Assembly: GCA_950097015.1 (NCBI GenBank)
Contig: CATNEN010000029.1
Location: 7,688,001 to 7,752,000, forward strand
Origin: Macrostomum hystrix
Lineage: Eukaryota > Animalia > Platyhelminthes
Reading direction: 5' to 3'
Length of the DNA: 64,000 nt
The translations under genes were made by a program, and so were the position numbers. Under the pieces are notes generated by a model that had not been told where the DNA came from, ran no database searches, and saw only the letters and a list, made by a program, of their open reading frames with translations. This document shows, piece after piece, positions 48,680 to 62,900 of this stretch (positions are counted from its first letter, which is position 1; each line of letters begins with the position of its first letter).

Positions 48680-51653
48680 TTAGCTTCCCGAGCTAGCTTC
48701 CCTGCTAGCTTCATCGATAAATCCGCTCCCTGGTGGAACCCAGCGCTTGGAACCCTCCGGCGCAAGGCCAAATCCCTCGAGCGGATTGCGCGGAAAAGCA
48801 CGGACCCAGCTGACCTGACCGCCTACCAGAATGCGATTCGTGACTTTAAGCGTGACACCAGGAAAGCGAAGTCCGAAAAGTGGCGCCAATACTGCTCCGA
48901 GCTGGAGGGCGCCCGCCCAACTTCTCGCGTTGTAAAAGCGCTCACTCTTGACAAAATGTCGAAGCTCTCAGTGATCAAAAGACCGGACGGCCGGCTTGCT
49001 GAGAATCCTGGCGAATCGCTGGACATCATGCTCGCCAGCGCTTTCCCTCAGACTGCGCCGCTTCAGGACCCGCCGGACCACACTCCGGGCGGACACATCC
49101 TTGCGACAACTATTATCACTAGAGAACGGACAGCTTGCGCTGCTAATTCCTTCTCGCCTTTTAAGTCGCCTGGACCTGACAACATTTACCCCGCCTTCCT
49201 ACATGAAGCGGTGAAAAATGACAGGTTCCTCGGCCTCCTTTGCAACCTGTTCAAGGCCTGTATCACCCTTGGGTACGTACCCAGGTCTTGGCAGGAAGCC
49301 ACTATCGTCTTCATCCCCAAACCTGGGAAGGGAGACTACCACTCCGCCAAAGCCTTCCGCCCCATCAGCTTAACATCCTTCTTTCTTAAGCTGCTTGAAA
49401 GGCTTGTTCTTTGGCGCCTCCTTCACGTTGAGCTGAGGAACTCCCCGCTCTCCGCCAACCAGCACGCTTTTCGATCCGGACGTTCCATCGAAAGTGCTCT
49501 GCATGCCATTGTCGACAAGCTGGAGCGCGCCGTGCTTGGCACCGGTTTTGCTCTCTCGCTTTTCCTCGACATTGATGGTGCCTTCGATAATGTGCTTTTC
49601 GGAGCCTTTAGGCGAGCCCTGGAACGCCGGGCTACGCACGAGCACCTCACCCGCTGGATCATGTATATGATCTCTCACCGAACTGCCACCTCGCACCTGC
49701 TTGGCCACTCCCGTTCTGTGAATGTCCAGAAGGGAGGCCCGCAGGGTGGCGTTCTCAGTCCGATCCTTTGGAACCTTGTCATGGACGAGCTGCTCTGCAG
49801 CCCTGACCCGGACCCGGTCCAAAAAATCGGCTATGCTGACGACGTCACCGCCACCGTGGCCGGACCGTCTCCCCCGGTTCTTAGAGATCTTTTGCAAGCT
49901 TTCATCCACCGTGCCGAGCGCTGGGCCCATAGCTGCGGCCTCAAACTCTCTGAGTCCAAGACCGTCGCCATTATGTTCACCAGCAAACGAAACTGGAGGA
50001 TTGAGCCTCTCCTTCTCTATGACAAACCCATCGCCATGGAGAAGCAAACCAGATGCTTAGGTGTCATCCTCGACCACAGGTTGAGCTGGACACCTCACGT
50101 CAAATTCAAAACCCGCAAAGCTCTTGCGACGCTCGCGCAGATCCGCAGAGCCTTCGGCGCCACCTGGGGCCTCACCCCCCGCCGTCTCTGGTGGATTTAC
50201 ACTACCATTGTAAGACCGGCCATCTCTTTTGCCGGCTTCATCTGGAATAGTGCCCTGGAGACCTAAGGGGTCCTGGAGGCCCTAAACAAGGTGCAGGGCC
50301 GTGCTTGTCGAGCCATCATGAGTGCGGCACCCTCCACTCCCTTCGCTGGCATGAATGCCTTCCTGGACCTTCCCCCTTTAGATCTTTTTATCAAGGGGGA
50401 AGCGATGAAGACGGCTCGTCGTCTTCTGGACGCGGGCATCTCCATCCGGAAGCAACTTGCCTTCAGCAAGCGGAACCTCCAGCCCCATGGCGACCTCAGC
50501 CTTCGGGACCTGGACGCAGCAGGAGGTCTCAAAATTCTCTCAGACGGAATCCCGTCGACGCTGTGCCCACCGCTAAAATTCAAAACCAGCATTCCGCCTC
50601 GCCAGGAAGTACGTGACCACGGCCAAACCCGTGAAATTCACTGCTTCACCGACGGATCGCAAATCAACTCGGTCTCTGGTTTCGGCTACTGCATTATGTC
50701 CGGAGGGAAAACTGTGGCGACCTTCTCCCAGCACACCGGCATAAACTCTACCGTTTTTCAGAACGAAGTTCTCGCCATCAGCTCCTGCGCCCTGGAGCTG
50801 ATCAACCAAAACGTCCACGGAGCAGAAATCTTCCTCCACTCGGACAGCCAGGCGGCGATCCATGCCCTTGGACGCACGCACACCTGCTCGCGCACAGTCC
50901 TCGACTGCGTCGCGCAACTCAACCGCTTAGGGACCCACAACAAGGTGTCCCTAAGGTGGATTCCAGGGCACTCTGGCCACCCTGGTAACGAATTGGCCGA
51001 CAGCCTCGCCAAGGCCGGTTCGACGGGTTCGCTTTTTGGCCCCGTGCCTGCGGTCTCCACCCCTACCGCCGTCGTCAACACTCGGATTAACCAGTGGGTG
51101 ACCTCTAAGCACAAGGACAGATGGATCAATACCGCCGATTGTCGGCAGTCTCGCGCTGCTGTCCCTTGTCCCTCCACTGCCCTCCGCAAAGCCTTGCTTG
51201 GACTGAACCGCAAGGACATCAGGGCAGTTACCATGGCCCTCTCTGGCCATGGCTGTTTCGCCAGGCACCGCTTCCTGCAGGGCAAAATCCGCAGTGAGGA
51301 GTGCCCCTTCTGCCTCTCCTATGTTGAGGATGCAGAGCATTTTATTTGCGACTGCCCCGCCTTCACTCAGGACAGGCTCACCTATCTCGACTCAAACCCG
51401 GATCTCCCCGACGTTTTCAGGCCTGAGAACATCTGCCAGCTCGTCCGATACCTGAGGGCCACCGGGCGAGCAACCCTCCACCTCCTGGACTCTCCGGAGG
51501 AGGACCGCGCTGCGGACGCCGGCACCACCGGATCCCCCTGCGCGACACCGCAGCTCTAGTTGCCCGTGGTCGCCAGGGGCTAGCGGAATGGGCGGCAACG
51601 CCTCCCCGCTGCATCCGGAAGATGCCCCCTGCAGCTAAGTCAAGTAAGTCAAG
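48680..51653 (+). mobile_element. 5'-truncated non-LTR retrotransposon (RT, RNase H, CCHC knuckle), LOA/Lian-like
   Basis: PWWN linker; KSPGPDNI; FRPISLTSFFLKLLERL; QHAFRSGRS; LFLDIDGAFD; GGPQGGVLSP; GYADD; RNase [33 protein letters not shown]; [15 protein letters not shown]. ORFs 48662-50266 and 50291-51559 are in one frame split by TAA at 50264. Endonuclease absent; tandem TAAGTCAAG tail. Confidence 0.95.
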
Positions 51654-51664
51654 ACATTTGTTGT

Positions 51665-52520
<856 letters not shown>

Positions 52521-53169
52521 AGTAAAAATAAAGCAGAAACAGGAATTGCATTTTGTACCGTTTTTATTTTTATCGATGTCTAAGTCACACGTGCTAATTC
52601 CAGATTCTTTTTAGCCAACGCAATTTAGCTATAAATCAGAGCCTTGGCTACTATAACTAGACCGAAGCTAACCTAGCAGTCTTTGACGCCTAATTAAATG
52701 TGCTACCTAAAATGTGCTCAAAGCGAATATCTATATAAATGTGCACGCGTCAGTCTAGTACGAGTTATTAATAGAATCTTTGAGAAACGTTGCTTGGTAT
52801 ACCGTGAAACCGTTTCAAAGACCAACGCTGGTGGGTTGGCCAGTCACACAAGAATTAAACCAAAGGTGGTTGTCCACTTTCGGTCGGTATTTCACTTAAA
52901 TCACTCGAGCCTTCGGCTCTCGGGATTTAAACACATACCGACCTCAAACCCATAGAATATCGTATACATAAATTAGTTGGTTTCAGGTGTCTATAGAGGC
53001 ACTGCCACTATTCACTAAACCTCCATTCTATGGGAGCGGGTGCAAAAACGTGAGTGATCTAATATAGTGGGGCTTTTCGTGAAAATTCGGAGTGCTAAAA
53101 ATGTCAATTAAACGGATCATTGTTTCCAGAATAATATTTTATTTACCAGCCAAAAATTTTCGTCCGATT

Positions 53170-53560
53170 AAACCCTCTTACAGGTGTGTTTGTCTGCTGC
53201 TTAACCTTTCTACCGGTGTGTTTGTCTACCGCTTAATCTTCCTACCGAAGTGTTTTGTCTGCCGCTTTACCTTCCTACCGGTGTGTTTGTCTACCGCTTT
53301 ACCTTCCTACCGGTGTGTTTGTCTGCTGCTTAACCTTCCAACCGGTGTGTTTGTCTACCGCTTAACCTTCCTACCGGTGTGTTTGTCTACCGCTTAACCT
53401 TCCTACCGATGTGTTTTGTCTGCCGCTTTACCTTCCTACCGGTGTGTTTGTCTACCGCTTTACCTTCCTACCGGTGTGTTTGTCTGCTGCTTTACCTTCC
53501 AACCGGTGTGTTTGTCTACCGCTCTACCTTCTTACCGATGTGTTCGTCTACTGCTTAACA
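53170..53560. repeat. About 32-bp degenerate array (TACCGGTGTGTTTGTCTACCGCTTTACCTTCC)
   Basis: About 12 units. Confidence 0.88.
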
Positions 53561-53782
53561 TTTCTTTTCGTGGTTGCTACCTATCTATCTGTTCAATTAT
53601 CCATCCTCCAGGTAAGCCAGTGATAGTCTCAGAAGCTTCACAGAAATCACCCAAAAACTAGCAGTTCTTGTGAAAGCGTCAGTGCGCAAAGCCTGAATAG
53701 TAACATCGATTATTTAGTTGTCCATTGAACTTCTTTCCTGACGTCAAAAGTTTGTCATCCAGCTTGACAGACTTCTCCGGTG

Positions 53783-56700
53783 TCAGGCTTTGTGCTGGCT
53801 GGTGCTGCTGGTACCGTTAGCCGCTGAGGCATTGGCCTGTTCAATTTCCAGATCGTCTACGCGGTTAGGGCCCACTTTCATCAGCTGATAAACCTGCATT
53901 GGACAGAGTAAAAGTTGGATTTGCAAATTACTCTACTAAAAGTAGTAACATTCAGAAAGTGACACAATGGCACACCACTTGGTAACAGTAGAGCTGCAGC
54001 CAGCGAGGAGGCAATTCTGCCCATTTCGCTGACTCCTGAGCACGCACGCACACAGATACCCTACGCAGGCACACACTCACACAGGTGTGTACACCTGCCC
54101 TGACTTTCTCATTGTCAGGCAGTGTACACTCTCACTGTGCTTTGGGGGCCTTGGAGTTTGGCCCTCATGGGCGAACTGTAAACAGTAAACTGTAAACTGT
54201 AAACTGTAAACTGTAAACTGTAAACTGTAAACTGTAAACTGTAAACTGTAAACTGTAAACTTTAAACAGTAAGCTGTAAACTGGAAACTGTAAACTGTAA
54301 ACTGTTAACTGTAGACTGTAAACAGTAAACTGTAAACTGTAAACTGTAAACTGTAAACTGTTAACTGTAGACTGTAAATAGTAAACTGTAAACTGTGAAC
54401 TGTAAACAGTAAACTGTAAACTGTAAACTGTTAACTGTAGACTGTAAACAGTAAACTGGAAACTGTAAACTGTAAACTGTTAACTGTAGACTGTAAACAG
54501 TAAACTGTAAACTGTAAACTGTAAACTGTAAACTGTTAACTGTAGACTGTAAATAGTAAACTGTAAACTGTGAACTGTAAACAGTAAACTGTAAACTGTA
54601 AACTTTAGAGTGTAAACTGTAAACTGGAAACTGTAAACTGTAAACAGTAAACAGTAAACTATAAACTGTAAACTGTAAACTGTAAACTGTAAACTGTAAA
54701 CTGTAAACTGTAAACTGTAAACTGTAAACTGTAAACTGTAAACTGTAAACTTTAGAGTGTAAACTGTTAACTGGAAACTGTAAACTGTAAACTGTAAACA
54801 GTAAACTATAAACTGTAAACTGTAAACTGTAAACTGTAAACTGTAAACTGTAAACTGTAAACTGTAAACTGTAAACTGTAAACTGTAAACTGTAAACTTT
54901 AGAGTGTAAACTGTAAACTGGAAACAGTAAACTGTAAACTGTAAACTGTAAACTGTAAACTGTTAACTGTTAACTGTAAACAGTAAACTGTAAACTGTAA
55001 AATGTAAACTGTAAACTGTTAACTGTAAGCTGTAAACTGTAAAAAAAGAAACCAAAAATTGGTTTGTAATTTGAAATACCCGTGGACTCTTTACTGTTAT
55101 TGATACTCAACTTGCTTGCTAGTAAATTAGACTTTAATTTAAACCAATAAATCAGCTATCCAATTATAATGTTATCTACTCGTTGTAAATAGCAATCAAA
55201 GATAATTAACTACCCTTGGCGGCAGGACAAAGGTCTGTTGACCAATTGAAACCGCGATAAAGGAGTGTCACCTCAGCCTCACTATTTGAGCTATCCAATC
55301 AGAATACAGTACGAAATTATGCAATTAAACACTTCCAAGCCAAATTCAAACCTTGTGACCAAAAATGAGCACGATGGTTGTTGTGCAGCCAATCAGAATG
55401 CAAGCGGTGATGAGCACATATCGGAGACTGTGCTCACTCTCTGGCAGCACAAACGATAGAACGACAGCGATGAGGCCCATCACCATCGTGTTGTACACGC
55501 AGATGCCGATCTTCTTCGAGTCGTTGAGGCCTTCGATGTACACATTGCGAGTCTCCCAGGCCAGGAATATCCCCAGAACGAGGAGAATCCCTGCGGAGGT
55601 GGGGATGTACACATTGCGAGTCTCCCAGGCCAGGAATATCCCCAGAACGAGGAGAATCCCTGCGGAGTTGGGGATGTACACATTGCGAGTCTCACAGGCC
55701 AGGAATATCCCCAGAACGAGGAGAATCCCTGCTGAGTTGGGGATGTACACATTGCGAGTCTCACAGGCCAGGATTATCCCCAGAACGAGGAGAATCCCTG
55801 CTGAGTTGGGGATGTACACATTGCGAGTCTCACAGGCCAGGAATATCCCCAGAACGAGGAGAATCCCTGCGGAGGTGGGGATGTACACATTGCGAGTCTC
55901 ACAGGCCAGGAATATCCCCAGAACGAGGAGAATCCCTGCGGAGGTGGGGATGTACACATTGCGAGTCTCCCAGGCCAGGAATATCCCCAGAACGAGGAGA
56001 ATCCCTTCGGAGGTAGGGATGTACACATTGCGAGTCTCTCAGGCCAGGAATATCCCCAGAACGAGGAGAATCCCTGCTGAGGTGGGTATGGATGCTTGAC
56101 CTTCGGGTGTACCTTGGGGTTGTAAATGTGCCCCGATGGCATCCGGATGGCCAAGAGGACGTTCCGTAAATTTGACGAGCTTAAGTAATGTAGAAAATAC
56201 CTGTAATTAACTATTATGCAACAGACTGTGTGGGTGCCTACCTTTCAAGCCGAGGAGCACCCCAAGCCAGGTGTACCAGTGTTCGCTGCGGCACAGGTGA
56301 ATCTGAGGCCGGGTTACAATCCCATTCACTAAATCCTCCTGAAGGTAGGATTTTAAATAGTTTTTATAGCATTCGCTTAAGTTATATGCCTTCCATAGTT
56401 TGAGCCACTCATATCATAAGTCATTTGAGTCACTCATATCATCAGTCATTTGAGTCACTCATATCATCAGTCATTTGAGTCACTCATATCATCAGTCATT
56501 TGAGTCACTCATATCATCAGTCATTTGAGTCGCTCATATCATCAGTCATTTGAGTCAGTCATATCATCAATCATTTGAGTCACTCATATCATCAGTCATT
56601 TGAGTCAGTCATATCATCAGTCATTTGAGTCAGTCATATCATCAGTCATTTGAGTCACTCATATCATCAGTCATTTGAGTCACTCATATCATCAGTCATT

Positions 56701-59700
56701 TGAGTCGCTCATATCATCAGTCATTTGAGTCGCTCATATCATCAGTCATTTGAGTCACTCATATCATCAGTCATTTGAGTCACTCATATCATCAGTCATT
56801 TGAGTCACTCATATCATCAGTCATTTGAGTCACTCATATCATCAGTCATTTGAGTCGCTCATATCATCAGTCATTTGAGTCACTCATATCATCAGTCATT
56901 TGAGTCACTCATATCATCAGTCATTTGAGTCAGTCATATCATCAGTCATTTGAGTCAGTCATATCATCAGTCATTTGAGTCACTCATATCATCAGTCATT
57001 TGAGTCGCTCATATCATCAGTCATTTGAGTCGCTCATATCATCAGTCATTTGAGTCGCTCATATCATCAGTCATTTGAGTCAATCATATCATCAGTCATT
57101 TGAGTCGCTCATATCATCAGTCATTTGAGTCGCTCATATCATCAGTCATTTGAGTCGCTCATATCATCAGTCATTTGAGTCAATCATATCATCAGTCATT
57201 TGAGTCAATCATATCATCAGTCATTTGAGTCGCTCATGTCATCAGTTATTTGAGTCACTCATATCATCAGTCATTTGAGTCGCTCATATCATCAGTCATT
57301 TGAGTCGCTCATATCATCAGTCATTTGAGTCGCTCATATCATCAGTCATTTGAGTCAATCATATCATCAGTCATTTGAGTCGCTCATATCATCAGTCATT
57401 TGAGTCACTCATATCATCAGTCATTTGAGTCGCTCATATCATCAGTCATTTGAGTCGCTCATATCATCAGTCATTTGAGTCGCTCATATCATCAGTTATT
57501 TGAGTCACTCATATCATCAGTCATTTGAGTCGCTCATATCATCAGTCATTTGAGTCGCTCATATCATCAGTCATTTGAGTCGCTCATATCATCAGTCATT
57601 TGAGTCAATCATATCATCAGTCATTTAAGCAGGGCCAGGGTATCGCGATGCTTGAGAAAAGTGCACTCTATCCTTTTTTAAAGTCTCTGGCACCTGATTG
57701 GAATTTTATAACAAAGCTGTGCTATAATGGCTATGATTGTTGATTGAAAGCCGTTAATGATGTACGGATTGTGAAAGGCAGATCTGGATTGGGGCGTAGA
57801 CACAATTAGAAATATTTCAAAGCTTATAGTCACGTCCTTTTTTTTTATCATGCTTAATTACATAGAAAGCTTTTTAAGTTTATACGAACTAAGTTTGGAA
57901 CACGCCTCGTAATAATAATAATATTTTTACACTTGCAAAAAACACATGTTTTGTTTAATTAAACAATTTTAATTCTGTCTGTTTTTAATTCGGTCTGTTT
58001 AATTAAATCTTTCATGAATTCAGTTAAATTGTTTTATTTCAATTAAATTTTAATTTGAAGGTAATGTTACTTTAATCAATAATAATATTTGTATTTTACT
58101 TCAATTTAAATTCATTTAAAGGAATTGTCTATTTATAAAAAAGTCCTTAATTTTTAATTAGGGTTATAATTTTTTGTTTGCAAGAAAATGTGTAAAGATC
58201 GACCTCATCTGCCAGGCTCAGTACGGTGACAATGGGCGAGTCTACCAGGCTCCATACTACGAAGAAGATAGCGTCGGTGGCCAGCAGGACGGCGATCAAG
58301 CCAGCCAGGTGGCGGTCCTTGATTGCCTGTATGATTGGCGATGGCAGACGAATAGTTCTAGACTAGGTCGGGAGTCGAACCATCTGATCCAGAGTCCGAC
58401 ACCTTACTGTACGACTGTTCAGTCCATGGACCGGGGGACACAACACCCGCCTTGACTTTCCCCAGCTAATGCAAATATTAATTCAACAGCTGGATGAACT
58501 CAAGTAATTCAGAGTTTAGTGTCTCCTAGACGACAGAAACTGTTCGAATGGAGTCAGGAATCGAACCCTCGACCTTCAAGTCGTTAGTCCGAAACTCTAA
58601 CAACTAGGTGAGCTTCATTTGATGACACTAGACCCGCAGCCAGCGAGGAGGCAATTCTGCCCATTTCGCTGACTCCTGAGCACGCACGCACACAGATACC
58701 GTACGCAGGCACACACTCACACAGGTGTGTACATCTGCCATGACTTTCTCATTGTCAGGCAGTGTACACTTTCACTGTGCCTTGGAGGTTGGCCCTCAAG
58801 GGCGTAAATTTCACGACCAGCCCTCAAGCCTTCTCTCCGCGGCTGCGCCCCAAAAGAATGTGACCTCGCCGCGGAATCGAGCTCGCGATATCCGCTCTGC
58901 CACCAACCCCCAGCTCTTGTTGATATCCGATTTTAAAACTCCCAGCCAATTTCTTGTACTTTGATATAGTATTTATGAAAATACTATTTCACGAAATTCA
59001 TGAAGCCTGATTTCAACAGTAAGCCAGCAACTCACCATGGATCGCATCCTCTTGTTGGTGAAGATGCGATGAACTCGCCATGTCTTGGCCAGCATGCCAC
59101 CGTAGGCGGATGAATAGCCCAGGGCCAGCGAAACCTGCTGCACCCAGCACAGGCCTGAGGTTGTCAGCCAGTGTGAGTTCACCGCCATCACAATGCAGGA
59201 GCCGAAGCACAGGATGCAGCCGCACCCAATGATGTAGTTGATGTTCGGGCTGCTCATTTTGATGAAGCGTAGGTCGCGATAGCAGAAGTTGACCAGCATG
59301 GTGGCAGCAGTGAAGAGTATTCCCACTATGGCCAGAACAATCATCACAATCATGACAACCCTGCTCACAATCTGCTTCTGCAACACTAGGCGCGGCACGT
59401 CCTTCGGCAAATAGGCACCTGAACAGCGAATGGTCTGATATTAGTAAGCTGTCACTCACGTCACTGTGATGTTTTATTATGAATTGTGTGTCACAAATCG
59501 ATAGAAACATTACCTGGAAACCACAGAGGTTTAGTCCAGTTGATTGAATTAGTCCATACATTGTACAATCCAACCAAATCTCGCTTCATATCTGAAAATA
59601 TGATATTATGATATGATTTTGACTACATATTACAGTCCTCTAAAGGTAGCCTCATTTTTCTACCTATCACTTACTTCGCAGCTGATAGATGAGTACGTTG

Positions 59701-59777
59701 GCCAGGCGGTCTCCCGAAGAGTCAAAGTTGACTCGGCCCTGAAATGCGACCAGCAGCAGCAGTAGTATTATTATTAT

Positions 59778-59821
<44 letters not shown>

Positions 59822-59873
59822 GTAGTATTAGTAGTAGTAGTAGTAGTAGTATTATTATTAGTAGTAGTAGTAT

Positions 59874-59926
<53 letters not shown>

Positions 59927-62900
59927 TCTCCTATATATAAGCCCGAATTATACTATTTCTCACCGTGTGGCCCATGTAGTCGACGTTTTTGAGCTGCTCA
60001 AACAGCTTCTGCTTCATCACCTCAGTGTCGTTCTCGGACATGTTCGACGCCCGCATCTCTGCGGCTGCTTTGCTAGCGGCTATCGCCGCTGTCACAACGG
60101 AGTCCATCCGGATGTCCAGCCCTGTGAGGCCGGACACTGCGGTGACGTTCTTTAAACCTGGGTACACTGACAGGAAATCCTTGTACATCTGGGCTGAAGT
60201 CTGAAATCATGCATGCTCTTCAATGAGATTCTTCGATGTATAATTTTTTTCGCAGGTTCAGCTCCTCACCTTGTTGTTAATGCCAACGCCATTGAAAATG
60301 GCGATCTCCGAGTCCATCTCAATCGAGCCCTCCATAGCGTGCGCCATTTCGTCTGGCGTGCATGAGTCATTCGTGAAGGTCGCGAGGTTCCTCGGCATGC
60401 CGATGTGGATCCAGAAATACTTCTCGCCGTATGCGCCCAGGTTGTAGATCTGTGGAGGGTGGGTGCGGCTGGATTGGAAGCATGTTTTGAAGGCCATGAG
60501 ATCGTTGAAACTTTGGCTCTGATTGGCTAGGTTCAACTACTTATCTACACACTTTGGCTCTGATTGGCTAGGTTCAACTACTTATCTACACACTTTGGCT
60601 CTGATTGGCTAGGTTCAACTACTTATCTACACACTTTGGCTCTGATTGGCTGGGTTCAATTACTTATCTACACACTTTGGCTCTGATTGGCTGGGTTCTA
60701 CTACTTATCTACACACTTTGGCTCTGATTGGCTGGGTTCTACAACGTATCCACTCACTTTGACTCTGATTGGCTGGGTTCTACAACGTGTCCACTCACTT
60801 TGACTCTGATTGGCTGGGTTCTACTACTTATCTTCTCAAGTCTTTATTTTAGTGATGGCTTCTTTATGACGCGGAGAATGGGAAATATGGCTTTTGAAGG
60901 CTCACCGTGCATGGCAGGCTATTGGTCAGGGGCTCGGCAACTACGGAGCGCACGGAGAGGAAGATCCGAACATTCTTGTTCTGAAAAGAAGCAGAAAACT
61001 TTTTTCGTTGTCTTTTGACAAGCCGTACAATGGATTTTCGGAGCATTTAAAACGATTCCTGTCTCACAAGCATCGCTGAAAGGCTCTCTGTAGCGTCCGA
61101 TTTGTACACCTGCTTGTACAGCAGCCTGATATTGTAGGCATCAATCTTGGACTCGATGTCTTGACTGACCTACACGACGAAGAAAAGTCTGCTATAACTT
61201 AAAAAATAAATCGAATCCCTTAAAGTGCGGGTCCGCCATTGCAGAATTTGACAGCAGTAAGAAACCATGATTCCATCATCATCTCTCAGTGAAAATCCGC
61301 GGGATTGTTGTGAAGCGGCCCCATGGAATGATCAGAGCAATGAGCCTACCGGAAACACAACCGCATAGTCAGAGGCCAGCAGGCCCACATTCAGCCAGTT
61401 GTAGGTGCGCAGTATCTCTAGCGCTGGGTTCACATTCAGTGCATTGTTGCCGTACATGCGAATGTAGAATGGATAGGCCACCGTGTCGCTGAGTGCTGGT
61501 GACGTGTTTGCGTAGCCAATCTGCAGTTTTATTTACGAATACCCTTTGTAACACATACGTACATCCCTCATGGGACTCAGGTGTTGTTTACAGAGGGGAG
61601 TGAGTGGCAGAGTGAGCGGTCGAACGCGTTTCCCTCTCGCACCAAGGTTCCTGAGCTTGGTTCCGCGGCGAGGCCGCATTCATTTTTGTCTTCTACAATT
61701 TACGTCATTAAGGGCACAGTGAAAGTGTACACTGCCTGACGATGAGAAAGTCAGGGCACCTGTGTGTCCGTGCCTGCGTACAGTATTTGTGTGCGTGTGT
61801 GCTTTTGAGCCAGAGAAATGGGGAGAATTGCCTCCCCTCGCTGGCTGCTTGTCTACCGTCACTAAATGATGTGCCATTGCCCGCCGCCCTCCTGCAATTA
61901 TTGTTATTATTATTAATTGTTGTGATTCTATTATTAGAATCAGTTATCGATTCGTGGAATAAGATCTTTTTGTCTGCGACCTACAGCGTACCCTGTCAGC
62001 CCAGTTCAAGACAAGGCTAATTCTCTCGCCTTGTGTGGGCTAGCCCAATCATGTCTCGGGCCAGAGAGTTGACAAGTTAAAGAAATTTTCTTCGCCGAAA
62101 ACAATCATTGCCAAGTCTGTCATCAGGAAAGTGACCCAAAAAAGGGAAAATTTGAATGGACCAGAGCCTTGCCAATAATAAGTTGGCGAGGCTCGGATTA
62201 GAGGGCCGCAGACAGGTAGCCACATTCGGAGCACCTGGGCCCCTCAGTCGGTGCTTGTCGGCAGCTACACTTATAATTCGCATTTTTGCTGCTTCGAAAG
62301 AGAATAAATGAAGGAAGAGCAAATTAGGAAAATTTTAAATTGGAGGCCTGCGTCGAGAAGCTATTGATTTCTGAAACACACGGTGCTTGGTTCCCAGGTG
62401 GCTAATGCTTCTGGCCCTACAAATAACAAGCAACTTGGATTACAGGAGAGGCACTGCAGCTTGGTGCGCTTGGCGACTGCTTCTCAGCCGCTGCTTTCTG
62501 AAAAACTATCTTTTTCAAGCTCAACTGTTTGACGTGAAGAAACTCGCCAATCGGCCATGCCGAAATTCTTGAGACATTCTCAAAATGCGAAACTCCACTT
62601 CAGGCTAGCCAAGTGTTTTGACTTTAAAGGACGTATTCCATTCGTTTCTTGTGGTAATTTTGATTTATTTTTAAATGAATTTTCTCTCTCGTCTTGTTTT
62701 TCTTTTGAGGCTGTTTTGCAGCGCTAAACTATTGCACAAAAAGTTTTCGCTCACCTGCGGCAGTCGATAGTACCTGGCCACGGCGGCCACCCACTCAGAC
62801 TGCGAAGAGTACGTGGCACCGAAGATTAGCACCTTGTCCTTGTCCGGGTAGTAGCTGCGAACTAGGGCGTGAACTGCGCTGCCCGTGTTGTCCTGGAATT

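Noticed and set aside
50264-50266. Programmed stop-codon readthrough between RT and RNase H
   Set aside because: The related copy has AAA at this codon, so a point mutation is the simpler explanation.
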